Positions 55,280-64,000 of a stretch of 64,000 bases of DNA are shown piece after piece. This DNA is from an uncultured Candidatus Saccharibacteria bacterium (lineage in GTDB: Bacteria > Patescibacteriota > SICC01), in assembly GCA_964476895.1 (NCBI GenBank), contig CAYZCS010000001.1, positions 1,351 through 65,350 of the forward strand, read 5' to 3'. The first letter of the stretch is position 1. Each line of letters starts with the position of its first letter. The notes below the pieces were generated by a model that was not told where the DNA came from, did not search any database, and was given only the letters and a program-made list of their open reading frames with translations. Position numbers and translations under genes: made by a program.

Positions 55280-57802
55280 CGCGTCCAAGGCTTTGGCGAG
55301 GTTGACCCCTTTCCCAAGCACGCCGCTCCACAAATCGCCCTTCCGTTCCAAGCGTTTCCCGATCGTCCCGACCGTGAAGCGTTTCGGGTCGAGGCCCTTC
55401 CGCACCTCGGACCATTCCAGCGGCGTCGAGACGGTCGCACCCGGCACCGGACGCAGGCAGTACGCCGCCGCCATGGTCTGGCCTTTCCGGTTCTGCAGGA
55501 AGTCCAGGTAGACCTTGCGTTTCCGCTTTTCGGGTTTCCGCTCCAGGCTGGTGATGTCCGGTAGCCGTTCGTGCACGAAGTGCATCAGGAGTTCCGCGAA
55601 TTGCTTGGATTGCTCGTAGTCGTATCGGGCACCCAGCGGCAGGCAGATGTGCATGCCGCTCTTGCCGGACGTCTTCGGATAACTCGGCAGGCCGAGTTCC
55701 TCGAATACCTTCCGGACGGCCTGCGCGACGTGCACCACCGTATCGAAGCCGCACGTCTTGGCATCCAGATCGATCAACAGGTAGTCCGGCCGTTCAAGCT
55801 TGTTTGCCCGCGAATGCCACGGGTTCAGCTCGATGCAGCCGAGGTTCGCCAGATACGCCAACGTCGCCTCATCCTGGCAGAGCAGCCAGGTCAGGTGCTT
55901 CTTGTTCGATTCGGAAAAGATCTTCTTCGTCTTCACCCACCCCGGCGGCTGGTCGCCCACGTCCTTCTGGTAGAAGCTCGAACCCTCGATGCCGTTCGGA
56001 TGGCGGTGCAGCGATTGCGGCCGGTCCCGCAGGTACGGCAAGATCAGCGAAGAGACGTCGCGGTAGTAGGCGATCACGTCACCCTTGGTGATCCGCTCCT
56101 CCGGCCAAAAGACCTTGCCGAGATGCGTCAATTTCACGCGGTGACCGGAGATGCTCTCGACCTTCTCGTCCGCTGCCTTCGATGCGGATCCTCCAGCCGA
56201 TCCATCGTCTTCCAGCACGGCCTCCGCCGGTTGTCCCGACTCCCGCCGCACCTCCTTCGCCGGCTTATCCTCCCGGAACCCGACGAAGACCGGCTGGCGC
56301 ATACGCCCGTCTCCCGTCCATTCGCTGAACGCGATCTCACAGACCAGCTTCGGCTGCACCCAGGTGACCGGTGCGTTGGTCTTGGGTTCGTCCGCGAACG
56401 GCGAGGTCTTCCGCCGCAGGCGGTGCAGGCGCCGGTAGGTCTCATCGAGCATCCGTTGGCCGAAACCCGTGCCGGTATGGCCGACGTAGCGGAACTTCCC
56501 GTCCTCATAGACACCAAGCACCAGGGCCCCGAATCCTTTGCGGCTGCCTCGCGGCGCGGTGAACCCACCGATCACCGCTTCCTGCCGGTGCCCCGTCTTC
56601 ACTTTCAACCAGGCATCGCTGCGGCAGCCCGGCTGGTATGGACTCGCGCCGTCCTTGGCGATGATCCCCTCGAGTCCCTGCTCTTCGGCGGCCCGGAAGA
56701 AACCGCACCCGTCCCGATCGACGTGTTCGCTGAGCCGGACCCGTTCTCCGCCCTGCACGAATGCGGCCAGGACCTCTTTCCGCCGGGTAAGCGGCAGTCC
56801 CGTCAGGTCGCGGCCATCCAAGTGCAGGATGTCGAAAACGTAGTAGACGAGGCTTCCCCGCCCGGTAGTGTGGTACTGCTGGAGCCGCTGGAAGTCGGAC
56901 TTGCCCGTCTCATCGACCGCGACGATCTCGCCATCCAGCACGGCATCGCGACCGAGCGAGGCCAGTTCCTCGACCACCGGCCCGTACCGGTCACTGAAAT
57001 CGATGCCGTTCCGTGAGTAGAGGCGGACCGCGCCCTTCCGGACCTCTCCGATCGCCCGGTACCCGTCCCACTTGATCTCGTAGAGCCAGCCGGAACGGTT
57101 GAACGGTTCCTTCACCAGCGTGGCCAACATCGGCTTCACGTCCCTCGGCATCGCGCCTTTCGGGGCAGCCGGCGGCGCGGACACGGATGCTCGGCGACGC
57201 TTCGAAGCACTACCTTTCTTACGTCCCGGCTTCGTACCGCCGGCAATCTCCTCCAGCGTCCGTCTCGTCTTCGCCGACGTGTCCCGCGCGGTCACGTCAT
57301 CTTCCGTCGCGTGCTCGTCCTGTTTCTTGATCAACAGCCAGTTGTTCTCGCCGCGCCCTTTCATCTTGACGAGCGCGTAGGCTCCGCGCAGCTTCTTCCC
57401 GTGCAGCACGAACTTCAGGTCGCCTTTGTGCAACCCCGCTCGCAGCGTCTTCTCTGGATCGTCGCTCTCCTCGTACGGCACGTACGTCCCCTCGTCCCAG
57501 ACCATTACCGCCCCGGCGCCGTAGTTACCTTCGGGAATCGTTCCTTCGAACGTCCGGTACTCGAACGGGTGGTCCTCGACCATCATCGCGAGGCGTTTGT
57601 CGGCGGGGTCCAGCGACGGCCCCTTCGGCACCGCCCAGCTCTTCAGCACGCCGCCCAGCTCCAACCGGAAGTCATAGTGCAGGCGCGTGGCCGCGTGCTT
57701 CTGCACGACGAATCGGAGCCGCTTGCCCGCACGGCGGGCGGATCCTTTCGGCTCGGGCGTCTTGCCGAAAGAACGTTTCTTCCGGTACGCCGTCAGCCCC
57801 AT
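55265..57802 (-). CDS. ligD: NHEJ DNA ligase D (phosphoesterase-ligase-polymerase)
   Basis: QKHAATRLHYDFRLE (PE), EIKWDGYR and EGIIAK (LIG), RHPNGI, DLD and KTSGKSGMH (POL). Confidence 0.96.
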   Translation of the reverse strand: MGLTAYRKKRSFGKTPEPKGSARRAGKRLRFVVQKHAATRLHYDFRLELGGVLKSWAVPKGPSLDPADKRLAMMVEDHPFEYRTFEGTIPEGNYGAGAVMVWDEGTYVPYEESDDPEKTLRAGLHKGDLKFVLHGKKLRGAYALVKMKGRGENNWLLIKKQDEHATEDDVTARDTSAKTRRTLEEIAGGTKPGRKKGSASKRRRASVSAPPAAPKGAMPRDVKPMLATLVKEPFNRSGWLYEIKWDGYRAIGEVRKGAVRLYSRNGIDFSDRYGPVVEELASLGRDAVLDGEIVAVDETGKSDFQRLQQYHTTGRGSLVYYVFDILHLDGRDLTGLPLTRRKEVLAAFVQGGERVRLSEHVDRDGCGFFRAAEEQGLEGIIAKDGASPYQPGCRSDAWLKVKTGHRQEAVIGGFTAPRGSRKGFGALVLGVYEDGKFRYVGHTGTGFGQRMLDETYRRLHRLRRKTSPFADEPKTNAPVTWVQPKLVCEIAFSEWTGDGRMRQPVFVGFREDKPAKEVRRESGQPAEAVLEDDGSAGGSASKAADEKVESISGHRVKLTHLGKVFWPEERITKGDVIAYYRDVSSLILPYLRDRPQSLHRHPNGIEGSSFYQKDVGDQPPGWVKTKKIFSESNKKHLTWLLCQDEATLAYLANLGCIELNPWHSRANKLERPDYLLIDLDAKTCGFDTVVHVAQAVRKVFEELGLPSYPKTSGKSGMHICLPLGARYDYEQSKQFAELLMHFVHERLPDITSLERKPEKRKRKVYLDFLQNRKGQTMAAAYCLRPVPGATVSTPLEWSEVRKGLDPKRFTVGTIGKRLERKGDLWSGVLGKGVNLAKALDALSRD

Positions 57803-58584
57803 CAGGCCGCCGTCTTCTTGCGCCCGCGTTCGAGACTCTTCCGGAGCGTCGACATCAGGTCGGTCACGGCCGTCGGCTCAGGTTCCTTGCCTTTCGTCTC
57901 AACCTTCTTGCCCTTGGCTTTCTTCGCGATCACTCCCCGCAGCTCGCGCCGGTAGTCGTCCTTGAAGTCCCTCGGGTCGAAGTGCTCGGTCAGCTGGTCG
58001 ATCAACGTAAGCGCCATGTCGAGCTCCCGTTTGTCGGCCTGCTTCGCGTCCGGCACGTCGAGACCGACGGGCTTTCGGATCTCGTCGCTGTACCGGAGCT
58101 GCTCCAACACGATCACGTTGCCGGTCGGCTTGATCACACCGAGATGCTCCTTGTTACGCAGCACGAACTCCGCCACACCGACCTTCTTCGAGCGGCGGAG
58201 CGCCTCGCGCAGCAGCGCGTACGGCTTGGCGGCACCCTTGTCCGGTTCCAAATAGTACGGCCGTTCCGCATAAATCAGGTCAATCTCTCCCTCGTCGGTG
58301 AACTCGGCGATGTTGATCGTCTTCGTCCGCTTCACGTTCGCCTTCTTGAACTCCTCGTCCGTAAGCACGATGAAGTCTCCTTTTTGGTATTCGTACCCCC
58401 GAACGATCTGGTCGAACGGGACCTCCTTGCCATCCGCCCGGGCCACCTTCAGGTAGCGTATCGGTGAAAGATCGCCTTTCCGGAGGTACCGGAACTTAAG
58501 GTCGCCGTCACCCGCGGCCGAATACATCCGCACTGGGATGTTCACTAGCCCGAAGCTGAGGGCGCCGGTCCACATCGCTCGCAT
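57802..58584 (-). CDS. ku: NHEJ Ku protein
   Basis: WTGALSFGLVNIPV, IVRGYE, PYYL.P, Y.LLREAL, DLMSTLRKSL. Confidence 0.96.
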   Translation of the reverse strand: MRAMWTGALSFGLVNIPVRMYSAAGDGDLKFRYLRKGDLSPIRYLKVARADGKEVPFDQIVRGYEYQKGDFIVLTDEEFKKANVKRTKTINIAEFTDEGEIDLIYAERPYYLEPDKGAAKPYALLREALRRSKKVGVAEFVLRNKEHLGVIKPTGNVIVLEQLRYSDEIRKPVGLDVPDAKQADKRELDMALTLIDQLTEHFDPRDFKDDYRRELRGVIAKKAKGKKVETKGKEPEPTAVTDLMSTLRKSLERGRKKTAA

Positions 58585-58647
58585 GCCCACAGCATACAAG
58601 GATACGACCGCCTTGCTTTGGCAATAGTCACAATCGTGGCGCCGGCG

Positions 58648-59184
58648 TCACGGACCGGGGAGGAGCGGCGGAAGCGCTTTGTCCGTCTCGGAAACGACGG
58701 TGCCCAGGGGGTTGCTCTCCAGCGCCCGGCGTACCGATTCGCGGGACGGCCCCTGGAGCCTGGAGGTCGCCGGTCCTAATTGCCGCTGTCGGTGCCGGTG
58801 ACTGGCGGCGGCGCGGGCCTCCACTTTCTCAAGGGATTCCTCGGGTGCGCCCCGGGACCGCAGGCCGGCCAGTTCCGCCTGGACGTTCCGATCGGATCGG
58901 AGGACTCGCTCGGCGGCTTCCGCGATCAGGTCGACCGAGGCCTGCTGCTGCAACAACCGCTCCAGCTCGGCTATCTTCGTATCGGTGTTATCCAGGTACT
59001 CCTGGGCGCGCTTGGTACCGCTCGGCACCGTCGCGATCCGCAGCTCTACGAACGCCTGCTTCAACCCGTAGGTCAGGTCCCCGGGGACGCTCCGTGCGGC
59101 ATCCGCGGCGACCGCGGCGAAACCGACCAGAAGCATCGCGGCGATGCCGGCGGCGTATGCCTTCCTGCGGGTCATCCGGATCAT
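58648..59184 (-). CDS. DUF5667-like exported/membrane protein
   Basis: Hydrophobic N-terminus, then SVPGDLTYGLKQAFVEL...KRAQ..L.....KIAE. Confidence 0.7.
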   Translation of the reverse strand: MIRMTRRKAYAAGIAAMLLVGFAAVAADAARSVPGDLTYGLKQAFVELRIATVPSGTKRAQEYLDNTDTKIAELERLLQQQASVDLIAEAAERVLRSDRNVQAELAGLRSRGAPEESLEKVEARAAASHRHRQRQLGPATSRLQGPSRESVRRALESNPLGTVVSETDKALPPLLPGP

Positions 59185-61076
59185 GTGCCGACAGCCTCGG
59201 ATTCCACGGGCGCCGGTTCGGTCGCCTGTTTGAACGTCAGCCGGACGGTCGTGCCCGCCTCGGGCGTGGAGGATATCGTGAGCATCCCGCCCTGGCGTTC
59301 GACCAGTTCCTTGGTGATCGCCAGGCCGAGGCCGCTGCCGCCGGCCGCGATGGAAAGCTCGTTCTCCTCCCGATAGAACTTCTCGAAGACCCGTTTGAGG
59401 TTCTCCGGCTTGATACCGATCCCCGTATCACGGATTTCGATCACGACCTGTCTTTCGGTGAGCAGGGTCATCAGGGATACCTTGCCCCCCGATGGCGTGT
59501 ACTTCAGCGCGTTATCGAGCAGATTCACGATGACCTGGGCGAAGCGGTCGCGGTCGACCCAGATCCGTACGCCATCCGGCACCTGGTCCTCGAAACGCAG
59601 GTCGACCTCCTTGCGCTCGAACATGGTCCGGAGCGTCTCCAACTCCCCGCGGATCACCGATGCCGGCTCCACGGGAGCCAGGTCGAATGCCAGCTTGTTG
59701 TGGTCCAGGCGCGTAATCTGCAGCAGGTCCTCCACCAGCCGGCCGAGTCGCTGGGCCGCGCTGAAGGCGCGCTCCGTGAAGCGCGCCGTATCGCCCTGAT
59801 CGCTGCGGGCCATCGAGAGGTAGCCCATCAGGGCGGTGAGCGGCGTGCGGAGCTCGTGCGACGCGGTCGAGACGAACTGCTGCTGCCGCTGCTGGAGCGC
59901 CCACCGATCACTGATGTCCCGGAAGATCGCCACGGCGCCCCTGACCCGGCCGTTGTGCACGATCGGCGCGGCGCTGGTCTCCATGCGGAACCGGCTGCCG
60001 TCGCGCCGGACCAACAGGTACCGGTCGGAGCGCACGGTGTTGCCGCTGCTCAGGGCACGGCCGACCGGACGCCTTGAGAACGGCAGCGGCTTTCCGTCCT
60101 CCGTGTACGCGGAATAGACCTGGGAGACATGCCGGCCGATGGCCTCTTCCTTGCGCCAGCCAAGCATCTGCTCGAACGCCTGGTTGACCATCACGATCGT
60201 CCCGTCGCGCTCGACGACCACCAGCCCGTCGCTGACCGCTTCGAGAAACGCTTCGGTACGGGCTTTGGAACGGGTCAGGCGCCGCTTCTCCTGGCGAAGC
60301 TCCTTGAGATTCTCGAAGAGCCGGGCCGTCTTTTCCTGGACCTGTGCTTCCAGACCGTGTTGGGCCCGCTCCAACTGCTCGGCCATCACGTTGAACGTCT
60401 CGGACAACTCACCGATTTCGTCGGAGGAGTGCACCCGGGCACGGCTTCGCAGGTTACCGCGGCTGAAGGACCGCACCGCCCGGGTCAGTCCGCGGACGGG
60501 ATGGGTGATCACCCGCCCGAAGAACGAGGCCAGCAGCAGGACCAGTATCGACGCCGTGACACCGAGGACCAGGAAGATGTTCCGGATCACGCCGACCGGG
60601 GCGAACGCCTCGGCCCGGTCGATCTTCGCGACCAGTCCCCAGCCCGGAGCGAATTGCCGCGTCACGGCCAGTACCGTGTTGCCGCGATAATCGGCGGCGG
60701 AGGGAAAGACCGCCTCGCCCGTATTCAGCGCTTGGGCGCCGAGTTCGGTTCCCTGATTGCCGGCGGTGAAACGCAGCGACGTGACCGCGGCTGTAGTATT
60801 ACCGTCCCGACGGACCACGAACGTCTCCCCGGTCGCACCGAAAGCCGGCGGCTCAGCCTCGCGAATCGCCCCGGCACCGCCCGTTTCAAGCAGCTCCCCG
60901 TACCGTTGCTCCTCGATGTCCGCGATGGTGTGGAGGTTCTGGATCGTCTGGGTCTCCAACGAATGCCGGACGACCAGGTACATCACGCTCCCGGCCAACG
61001 CCATGGAGACCAGCGCCACCACAAGCGCCAAACCGACCACCTTGCGAGTGATTGTAAGTTTCAGCTTTCCTAACAC
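59181..61076 (-). CDS. Sensor histidine kinase (TM-HAMP-PAS-HisKA-HATPase)
   Basis: Two TM helices, DEIGEL, PAS (VNQAFEQMLGW), SHELRTPL, NLLDNALKY, DTGIGI, GSGLGL. Confidence 0.95.
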   Translation of the reverse strand: MLGKLKLTITRKVVGLALVVALVSMALAGSVMYLVVRHSLETQTIQNLHTIADIEEQRYGELLETGGAGAIREAEPPAFGATGETFVVRRDGNTTAAVTSLRFTAGNQGTELGAQALNTGEAVFPSAADYRGNTVLAVTRQFAPGWGLVAKIDRAEAFAPVGVIRNIFLVLGVTASILVLLLASFFGRVITHPVRGLTRAVRSFSRGNLRSRARVHSSDEIGELSETFNVMAEQLERAQHGLEAQVQEKTARLFENLKELRQEKRRLTRSKARTEAFLEAVSDGLVVVERDGTIVMVNQAFEQMLGWRKEEAIGRHVSQVYSAYTEDGKPLPFSRRPVGRALSSGNTVRSDRYLLVRRDGSRFRMETSAAPIVHNGRVRGAVAIFRDISDRWALQQRQQQFVSTASHELRTPLTALMGYLSMARSDQGDTARFTERAFSAAQRLGRLVEDLLQITRLDHNKLAFDLAPVEPASVIRGELETLRTMFERKEVDLRFEDQVPDGVRIWVDRDRFAQVIVNLLDNALKYTPSGGKVSLMTLLTERQVVIEIRDTGIGIKPENLKRVFEKFYREENELSIAAGGSGLGLAITKELVERQGGMLTISSTPEAGTTVRLTFKQATEPAPVESEAVGT

Positions 61077-61200
61077 GCTTTATTGAAAGAGTATCTACGT
61101 TACCGTTACCCTATGCTGCCGCATGTCCGCCGGGAATGGAGGAAATTACAAACCTACGCGGATTTTCTTGAAGATATCCACAGCGGTCCGGGGATGGCGG

Positions 61201-61683
61201 CTACAGGGTCCGCACCCGATGGCCGAGCGCTGTGATCATGGCGGTTTTCGGCCGGGCTTTCCAGCCCGCCTGGCGCAGCTCGTCAAGCCGCCCGATCAGG
61301 GCCCGGAACGCCGGGGCGGCGTGATCCCTGCCCTCCTCGACCGGCTCTTCGAAAAAGCCCCCGCAGGTGACGGAGGCATATTCGGGAGAGTCCACGGTGA
61401 CGCGCAAGCCGGGGTGGCTGTCGAATACCGCCATCTCCCTTCCTTCACCGTCCACATGGGCGACCACGCTTGCCTCGCACGACCCGCCGAAGCAGGCGAT
61501 TTCCACGTCCACGTCCGGCAGCACGTCTTCCAGCACACCGCTACCGTGCGTGCATGGAGGAAGCAACGCCCTGATCTCGCTTCTGAGCGTATCCTCGATC
61601 AATTCCTCATCCAACGGCTCCGTATCCCCCGCACCGCGGGTGGCTGCTTCAAGTCCGATAGCTTCCGCCGGTATGTTTTTCAT
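61201..61683 (-). CDS. Hypothetical protein (160 aa)
   Basis: Most plausible ORF in the interval; no family recognised. Confidence 0.45.
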   Translation of the reverse strand: MKNIPAEAIGLEAATRGAGDTEPLDEELIEDTLRSEIRALLPPCTHGSGVLEDVLPDVDVEIACFGGSCEASVVAHVDGEGREMAVFDSHPGLRVTVDSPEYASVTCGGFFEEPVEEGRDHAAPAFRALIGRLDELRQAGWKARPKTAMITALGHRVRTL

Positions 61684-61897
61684 GTCGCAGGAGGCTTACT
61701 TGCTGACAGCGTACACCCATATGCCGATATGCGCGACACTTCAGGAATCCTTCCCCAAGGACCGGCCCTGACGATATACGCATTCGGAATACCGACGAAA
61801 CCCCGGCCGGTCGCACGGCAAAGTCAGTGCATTTGCCTAATGCATGCGGTGGGTCCGTTTCCTATGCTGTGGACACGTAAGGACGAAAGGAGGCCGA

Positions 61898-62287
61898 ATG
61901 CAAGCGACGGAGTTCGTACGGAAGATACGCGAACGGACGGGCGTATCGGAAGAAGAAGCGCCGCGGATGATCGCCGCGTTCCTGCGGACACTCGGTGAAC
62001 GGGTCACGACCGACGAGGCCAAGGACCTGCGCGCGCAGCTGGCACCCGAGCTGGCGAAGATGCTGGAGAAGGAATCCGGTGAGGAGGTGAAGAAGTACAC
62101 CGCCGACGAATTCGTGAAGGTGTTCGCGCTCAGGCACGATCACGGACGGGCGGAATCGTCCGGCCACGCCAAGATCATCTGGGACACACTGAGCGAAGCC
62201 GTCTCCAGCGGCGAGATGGATGACATCCGCTCCCAATTGCCGGATGACTACACGCGGTTATTCGGCCCGGCCAGGCAGCAGGCGTAG
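61898..62287 (+). CDS. DUF2267-family protein
   Basis: AAAGGAGG RBS; LRTLGERV...EA.DL.AQL, F...V, L.EAVS.GE.DDIRSQLP. Confidence 0.85.
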   Translation: MQATEFVRKIRERTGVSEEEAPRMIAAFLRTLGERVTTDEAKDLRAQLAPELAKMLEKESGEEVKKYTADEFVKVFALRHDHGRAESSGHAKIIWDTLSEAVSSGEMDDIRSQLPDDYTRLFGPARQQA

Positions 62288-62315
62288 TCCTTTCGTCTCC
62301 AAGCGGTGACCGGCG

Positions 62316-62804
62316 CTAGGACCGATCCGTCAGCTGACGGCGGGCATGCCGGTGGATCAACAGGCTCCCGAGGACCACGCTGGCGATGCCGAGCGCCACG
62401 AAGACCGTGTTCCAGGGCGAGGGGGTGGAGCTTTCTTCGGCAGCCGCGATGATCGCGTCCGCAGGCTCCTCTTCAGTAGCCTCCGATGCTTTCTGCTCGG
62501 CGACCGGCCACTGCTTCTTCGGCGCCGGTTTTACTTCCTGGGAGAATCGGGTCTGGGCCTGGGGTTGCGTAGGAGCATAGCCTGAATCAGCCGACTGCGT
62601 TGTGCTGGCCTTGCCTCCCACCGGCTCGTCTTCAGGAACCTGGTCGCAAGACATGTAATAGACATGTCCATCTCGTTCACACTTCTCTACGAGCTGCTGC
62701 TTCTCTCCAGTGCCGGCTTTCTGTGCCTGCGCGTTCCCCACCCCAACGACTCCTGCAAACAGGAACGCAAAAACGACGGCGAAGATTTTGAGGTGGTTTC
62801 TCAT
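62316..62804 (-). CDS. Secreted protein with a C-terminal TM anchor and basic tail
   Basis: Signal peptide (..GNAQA), Cys pair, low-complexity linker, TM helix, RHARR. Confidence 0.7.
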   Translation of the reverse strand: MRNHLKIFAVVFAFLFAGVVGVGNAQAQKAGTGEKQQLVEKCERDGHVYYMSCDQVPEDEPVGGKASTTQSADSGYAPTQPQAQTRFSQEVKPAPKKQWPVAEQKASEATEEEPADAIIAAAEESSTPSPWNTVFVALGIASVVLGSLLIHRHARRQLTDRS

Positions 62805-62886
62805 CTGTCCGCTTTCCGCCCGGGAATACCCCTGAGCACCGGCACTATAGGCGCAGAAAACGCGTCTGTCAAGGTCATTATCGCCA

Positions 62887-63981
62887 CTATGCCACCTGCC
62901 GGTCCCGTTCGGAATCGGTGAGGAACGCCGGGGATGCATCCCATCCGTCCGGTGCCGGGGCTCGGGATGCTTCCCGTTCCGCCCGTCGGTCGTGCGCCCC
63001 GCCTGCGTGCGCAGAGCGAAGCGATCCGGCCAGCATCTCTTCGAGCAACTGTAGTCCCCGCTTCTCCATCATCTGGGCCCTCCCGTGCGTCACGCCCAGT
63101 CTTTGGCCGATCCGGTCGTACGACTCGGGTTTTTTCCCTTCGAACAGGTAGCGGCCCCGGATGATGGCCGCCTCCCCGGGGTGGTACCGTTCCAGCTTCC
63201 TGAGCCCTTCCGCCAGGAGTCCCCGCTCTTCCGCCGCCGCGGCTTCTTCCGCAGGCTCGGGAGCGGAATCAGGAAGCAGGCCTCCAAGCGTATTGCCGTC
63301 CTCGCCTTCCTTGTTGCCGACCGGACGATCCAATGACGCCGTGGTCCGGCTGGCATCGCGCCACCCTGCCACGTCGGCCGCTTCCACGCCCATCTTCTCG
63401 GCGATTTCCGTAACGGTCGGTTCCCGTCCCAGCGTCGCCATCAGGGCGGATTCCGCCCCTTTCATCTTGTTGACCTCTTCGTAGATGTGAACGGGCAGCC
63501 GGATGCTCCGTCCCTTGTCCGCGACTCCCCGACGTACCGCCTGGCGAATCCACCAGCTTGCATACGTCGAGAACTTGAATCCCCGTCGATGATCGAACTT
63601 TTCGACGGCCCGGATCAGACCGATGTTCCCTTCCTGGATCAGGTCGAGCAGCGGCAGGTCGGAGTGCCGGTACGTCTTCGCGATCGAGACGACGAGACGG
63701 AGGTTGGATTCGACCATCCGGTCCTTCGCCTCCATGTCGCCACGGCCGATCCGCTGAGCCAGACTGCGCTCTTCCGAAGCGGTCAGGAGCGGATACTGGG
63801 AGATACCGTCCAGGTACGCCTGCAAGGAGTCTACGGAAGAAACCGTCCATGCTTCCGACATCACCTGTTCGGCGGGCGACTGATCCTGCCCCGAAACCGT
63901 CCCGTCCCCGACCAGCTCCTCTGACTCCAGGGCAGCTTCGGGCTCCAGGGCCATCTCGATGTCGGGTGCTTCCTTCATCAT
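62887..63981 (-). CDS. Second sigma-70 family sigma factor (RpoD/RpoS-like, no region 1.1)
   Basis: [53 protein letters not shown], region 4 IG..LGVT..R. Exact start (63978-63987) uncertain. Confidence 0.93.
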   Translation of the reverse strand: MMKEAPDIEMALEPEAALESEELVGDGTVSGQDQSPAEQVMSEAWTVSSVDSLQAYLDGISQYPLLTASEERSLAQRIGRGDMEAKDRMVESNLRLVVSIAKTYRHSDLPLLDLIQEGNIGLIRAVEKFDHRRGFKFSTYASWWIRQAVRRGVADKGRSIRLPVHIYEEVNKMKGAESALMATLGREPTVTEIAEKMGVEAADVAGWRDASRTTASLDRPVGNKEGEDGNTLGGLLPDSAPEPAEEAAAAEERGLLAEGLRKLERYHPGEAAIIRGRYLFEGKKPESYDRIGQRLGVTHGRAQMMEKRGLQLLEEMLAGSLRSAHAGGAHDRRAEREASRAPAPDGWDASPAFLTDSERDRQVA

Positions 63982-64000
63982 CACCAACGTATCATCACAC

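Overview
GC-rich bacterial chromosome segment, with most genes on the minus strand. The gene set (sparse housekeeping genes interleaved with many orphans, a PP2C-like/TM/propeller protein, DUF5667, class F sortase) suggests a Patescibacteria/CPR-type organism; this is inference, not a database result. Core genes: four tRNAs plus rpmG, holB, gmk, an RluA-family synthase, lspA, lgt, rmuC, a UvrD-nuclease fusion, a PMT-family glycosyltransferase, argS, smpB, a purN-like gene, lysA, tmRNA, aspS, a frameshifted RelA/SpoT homologue, two sigma-70 paralogues, yvcK, a DEAD-box helicase, Ku-LigD and a sensor kinase. Most interesting signals: (1) an unexplained, densely base-paired ~600-nt non-coding region at 8.55-9.14 kb; (2) about ten dispersed orphan transcription units with one design (promoter, boxA-like TT(A/C/T)ACA leader motif, Shine-Dalgarno, orphan gene that is often membrane-bound or secreted, 3' hairpin), in contrast to the apparently leaderless core genes; (3) an AT-rich SIR2-like plus GHKL-ATPase/nuclease pair just downstream of tmRNA, a candidate defence system; (4) a tmRNA with a 35-residue tag frame; (5) duplication scars of the tRNA-Trp 3' half and the smpB 5' end. 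No CRISPR array, integrase, transposase or reverse transcriptase was recognised. All calls come from reading the sequence by eye.
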